Origin: a virus
Lineage: Duplodnaviria; Heunggongvirae; Uroviricota; Caudoviricetes
Virus record (IMG/VR): IMGVR_UViG_2585427772_000005
Span: 1 to 25,733 of that record
Direction: 5' to 3' (one strand)
DNA length: 25,733 bases
Part shown: positions 23,592 to 25,733 of the stretch, one piece after another
Layout: every line of letters starts with the position of its first letter
Position numbering within the stretch: position 1 is the first letter of the stretch
Program-made: the position numbers and the translations under genes
The notes under the pieces: generated by a model
Databases searched by the model: none
Seen by the model: only the letters and a program-made list of their open reading frames with translations
What the model was told of the DNA's origin: nothing

Positions 23592-24192
23592 TTCGTTGTT
23601 ACCACCATCAGCCAGCAATTTCATGCGTTGTGCCGAAGCCGTCGGAACACGCATTACAGACATTCCGGTAGACCTCAACACGCTGTGGTCGCCGGACACC
23701 TGCCCGGTGCATCTGCTGCCTTATCTCGCCTGGGCGTTTTCCGTTGACCGCTGGGATCGCAACTGGCCGGAAGAGACAAAGCGACAGGTGATTCGTGATG
23801 CATGGCTGATACACCGACACAAAGGGACCATCAGCGCACTGCGAAGAGCCGTGGAGCCTCTCGGCTACCTGATTGAAGTAAAGGAGTGGTGGCAACTCAA
23901 CGAGGAGCCGGGAACATTTCGCATTGTTGTCGGAGTACTTGATCAGGGCATCACCGATGAAATGTATCAGGAACTTGAGCGCCTTATTGCGGATGCAAAA
24001 CCAGTAAGTCGCCATCTGACGGGGCTGGCGATCAGCCTGAGTGTGAACGGAAAGATTTTCGTTGGTACGGGATGCTATCACGGCGATGCCCTGACGGTTT
24101 ATCCCTACACCCCGGAGTCCATTATTGTCGAAGGGGATTATTTCCCTGCCCCGGCCATTCATTTAATTGATAATCTGAGAGTAAACGCATGA
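23584..24192 (+). CDS. Tail protein I (P2 gpI)
   Basis: ATG overlaps the J stop (ATGAGTAA); the track start at 23551 lies inside J. Similarity to P2 I (WSPDTCPVHLLPYLAWAFSVDRWD ... HKGTISALRRAVEPLGYLI ... IADAKPVSRHL). Confidence 0.85.
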   Translation: MSNSLLPPSASNFMRCAEAVGTRITDIPVDLNTLWSPDTCPVHLLPYLAWAFSVDRWDRNWPEETKRQVIRDAWLIHRHKGTISALRRAVEPLGYLIEVKEWWQLNEEPGTFRIVVGVLDQGITDEMYQELERLIADAKPVSRHLTGLAISLSVNGKIFVGTGCYHGDALTVYPYTPESIIVEGDYFPAPAIHLIDNLRVNA

Positions 24193-25733
24193 CAGTGAAA
24201 TACTACGCCATTCTGACTAATCAGGGCGCGGCACGACTGGCTAACGCGACGATGCTCGGCAGTAAGCTGAATCTGACGCGAATGGCCGTTGGTGATGCAA
24301 ATGGTGTGTTACCAACACCAGACCCTGCACAAACAAAACTGATTAACCAGAAACGCATTGCACCGCTGAATCTTCTGAGTGTTGACCCTAACAATCAGAG
24401 CCAGATTATTGCGGAGCAAATCATCCCTGAAAGCGAGGGTGGATTCTGGATCCGTGAGATTGGTCTTTATGATGATAAAGGTGTACTCATTGCGGTGGCA
24501 AACTGCCCGGAAACGTACAAACCGCAGTTGCAGGAAGGCAGTGGACGCACCCAGACTATCCGCATGATTCTGGTTGTCACGAACACCGAAGCCATCACGC
24601 TGAAAATCGACCCGTCTGTGGTTCTGGCAACCCGCAAATATGTGGATGATAAAATCTCAAAGCACGAGCAGTCACGACGTCACCCGGACGCCTCGCTGAC
24701 CGCAAAAGGCTTTGTTCAACTTAGCAGTGCCACGGACAGTCAATCAGAAACTGAGGCTGCCACGCCGAAGGCTGTGAAAATCGCGTATGATCTGGCCTGG
24801 GGAAAATACACAGCCCAGGATGCAACAACGACCCGTAAAGGGATCGTACAACTGAGCAGTGCCACCAACAGCACCTCTGAAACGCTGGCCGCCACACCAA
24901 AAGCCGTCAAGGCGGCATACGACCTTGCAGCCGGCAAGGCCCCCGTCAGCCACACTCACCCATGGAGTCAGATAACGGGAGTGCCTGCTGCCTCGCTGAC
25001 GGCAAAAGGCACCGTACAACTGAGCAGTGCCATCAACAGCACGTCTGAAATACTGGCCGCCACACCGAAAGCGGTCAAGGATGCATACGATCTGGCAAAC
25101 GGAAAACAACCGGCAGATGCCACGCTCACTGCTCTGGCAGGACTTGCCACTGCAGCAGATCGGTTGCCTTATTTTACCGGAGCAGACCGCGCAGCGCTGG
25201 CAACCCTTACAGCTATTGGTCGCGCTATTATCGCTAAGGGCAGTATAAAAGATGTCCTCAATTACCTTGGTTTGGGGGAAGGCTCTGCATTGCCTGTTGG
25301 TGTACCGGTTCCGTGGCCCACCGCCACACCGCCAGAAGGCTGGTTAAAGTGCGACGGGCGCGCCTTTACAAAAGAACAATATCCTGTTCTGGCCAGAGCC
25401 TACCCGACCCTCCGTCTTCCCGATTTACGCGGTGAATTTATTCGTGGCTGGGATGACGGACGTGGTGTGGATGCCGGGCGACAATTATTATCTTCACAGG
25501 GGGATGCAATAAGAAATATTGAGGGATTCGCAGATGGCGGGATCGGTATGTCTTTTGATGCAATCAGAGGGGCTTTTTACGATGCAGGAACACGATCAGC
25601 GAGAATGCCGAATAACACAACTACTATAGACAAAACCGATGACCTTGGATTCGACGCCTCTCGTGTCGTGCCAACAGCTAATGAAAACCGTCCTCGTAAT
25701 ATTGCCTTTAATTATATCGTAAGGGCGGCATAA
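24189..25733 (+). CDS. Tail fibre protein (P2 gpH-like N-terminus, three tail-fibre repeats, C-terminal collar/receptor-binding-like domain)
   Basis: ATGA overlap with I. The N-terminus matches P2 H (GGFWIREIGLYDDKGVLIAVAN ... YKPQLQEGSGR ... KYVDDKISKHEQSRRHPDASLTAKGF). The stop codon is at the last three bases of the window. Confidence 0.85.
   Translation: MTVKYYAILTNQGAARLANATMLGSKLNLTRMAVGDANGVLPTPDPAQTKLINQKRIAPLNLLSVDPNNQSQIIAEQIIPESEGGFWIREIGLYDDKGVLIAVANCPETYKPQLQEGSGRTQTIRMILVVTNTEAITLKIDPSVVLATRKYVDDKISKHEQSRRHPDASLTAKGFVQLSSATDSQSETEAATPKAVKIAYDLAWGKYTAQDATTTRKGIVQLSSATNSTSETLAATPKAVKAAYDLAAGKAPVSHTHPWSQITGVPAASLTAKGTVQLSSAINSTSEILAATPKAVKDAYDLANGKQPADATLTALAGLATAADRLPYFTGADRAALATLTAIGRAIIAKGSIKDVLNYLGLGEGSALPVGVPVPWPTATPPEGWLKCDGRAFTKEQYPVLARAYPTLRLPDLRGEFIRGWDDGRGVDAGRQLLSSQGDAIRNIEGFADGGIGMSFDAIRGAFYDAGTRSARMPNNTTTIDKTDDLGFDASRVVPTANENRPRNIAFNYIVRAA
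24690..25110 (+). repeat. Three tandem roughly 145-bp in-frame repeats in the fibre gene (TAKGxVQLSSAxNSTSExLAATPKAVKxAYDLAxGK)
   Basis: Direct reading of DNA and protein. The repeats also create the spurious antisense ORFs 24740..24955, 24744..25109 and 24968..25150. Confidence 0.8.

Noticed and set aside
20825-24162. Overlapping and antisense ORFs within the tail genes (e.g. 20881..21147, 21263..21628, 21699..22031, 22352..22783, 22796..23221, 23103..23489, 23608..24162)
   Set aside because: The plus-strand genes are collinear with P2 R-S-V-W-J-I with coupled starts; the alternatives are Arg/Ala/Gly-rich shadow frames.
24740-25150. Minus-strand ORFs 24740..24955, 24744..25109 and 24968..25150, which look internally repetitive
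   Set aside because: They are the antisense image of the in-frame tandem repeats of the tail-fibre gene.

Overview
The window reads as one contiguous piece of an enterobacterial (E. coli-like) lambdoid prophage of the Rac / Stx-phage type, but it is mosaic and probably defective or unconventional. All homology calls are from reading the translations and recalling known families; no database search or RNA folding was run, and start codons were chosen by RBS and gene-coupling inspection. Left arm (minus strand, 1-7029): integrase, excisionase, a large exodeoxyribonuclease VIII-like protein, small accessory ORFs, a Rha-family regulator, a compact two-gene pair downstream of the repressor, and an XRE-type repressor. 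Right arm (plus strand): Cro-like YdaS/YdaT-type genes, an O-like initiator whose coding sequence carries two clusters of GTCACG iterons, a lambda-P-like loader, a nin-like region (DUF1627-like, DUF4406-like, hok-family toxin, DUF968-like, RusA, Q), a late promoter/terminator region, an orphan DNA methyltransferase and tRNA-Ile(CAU) plus tRNA-Arg(UCU). At the position where Stx phages carry stxAB there is instead an AT-rich cargo segment with a hairpin-rich ORF-free stretch and an opposite-strand 111-aa ORF, followed by a NanS-p-like esterase. The esterase gene then abuts a P2-type tail module (R, S, V, W, J, I, H) with no lysis cassette and no head or packaging genes in between. The most interesting candidates for something undescribed are the stx-position cargo, the repressor-adjacent gene pair and the lambdoid/P2-tail junction.
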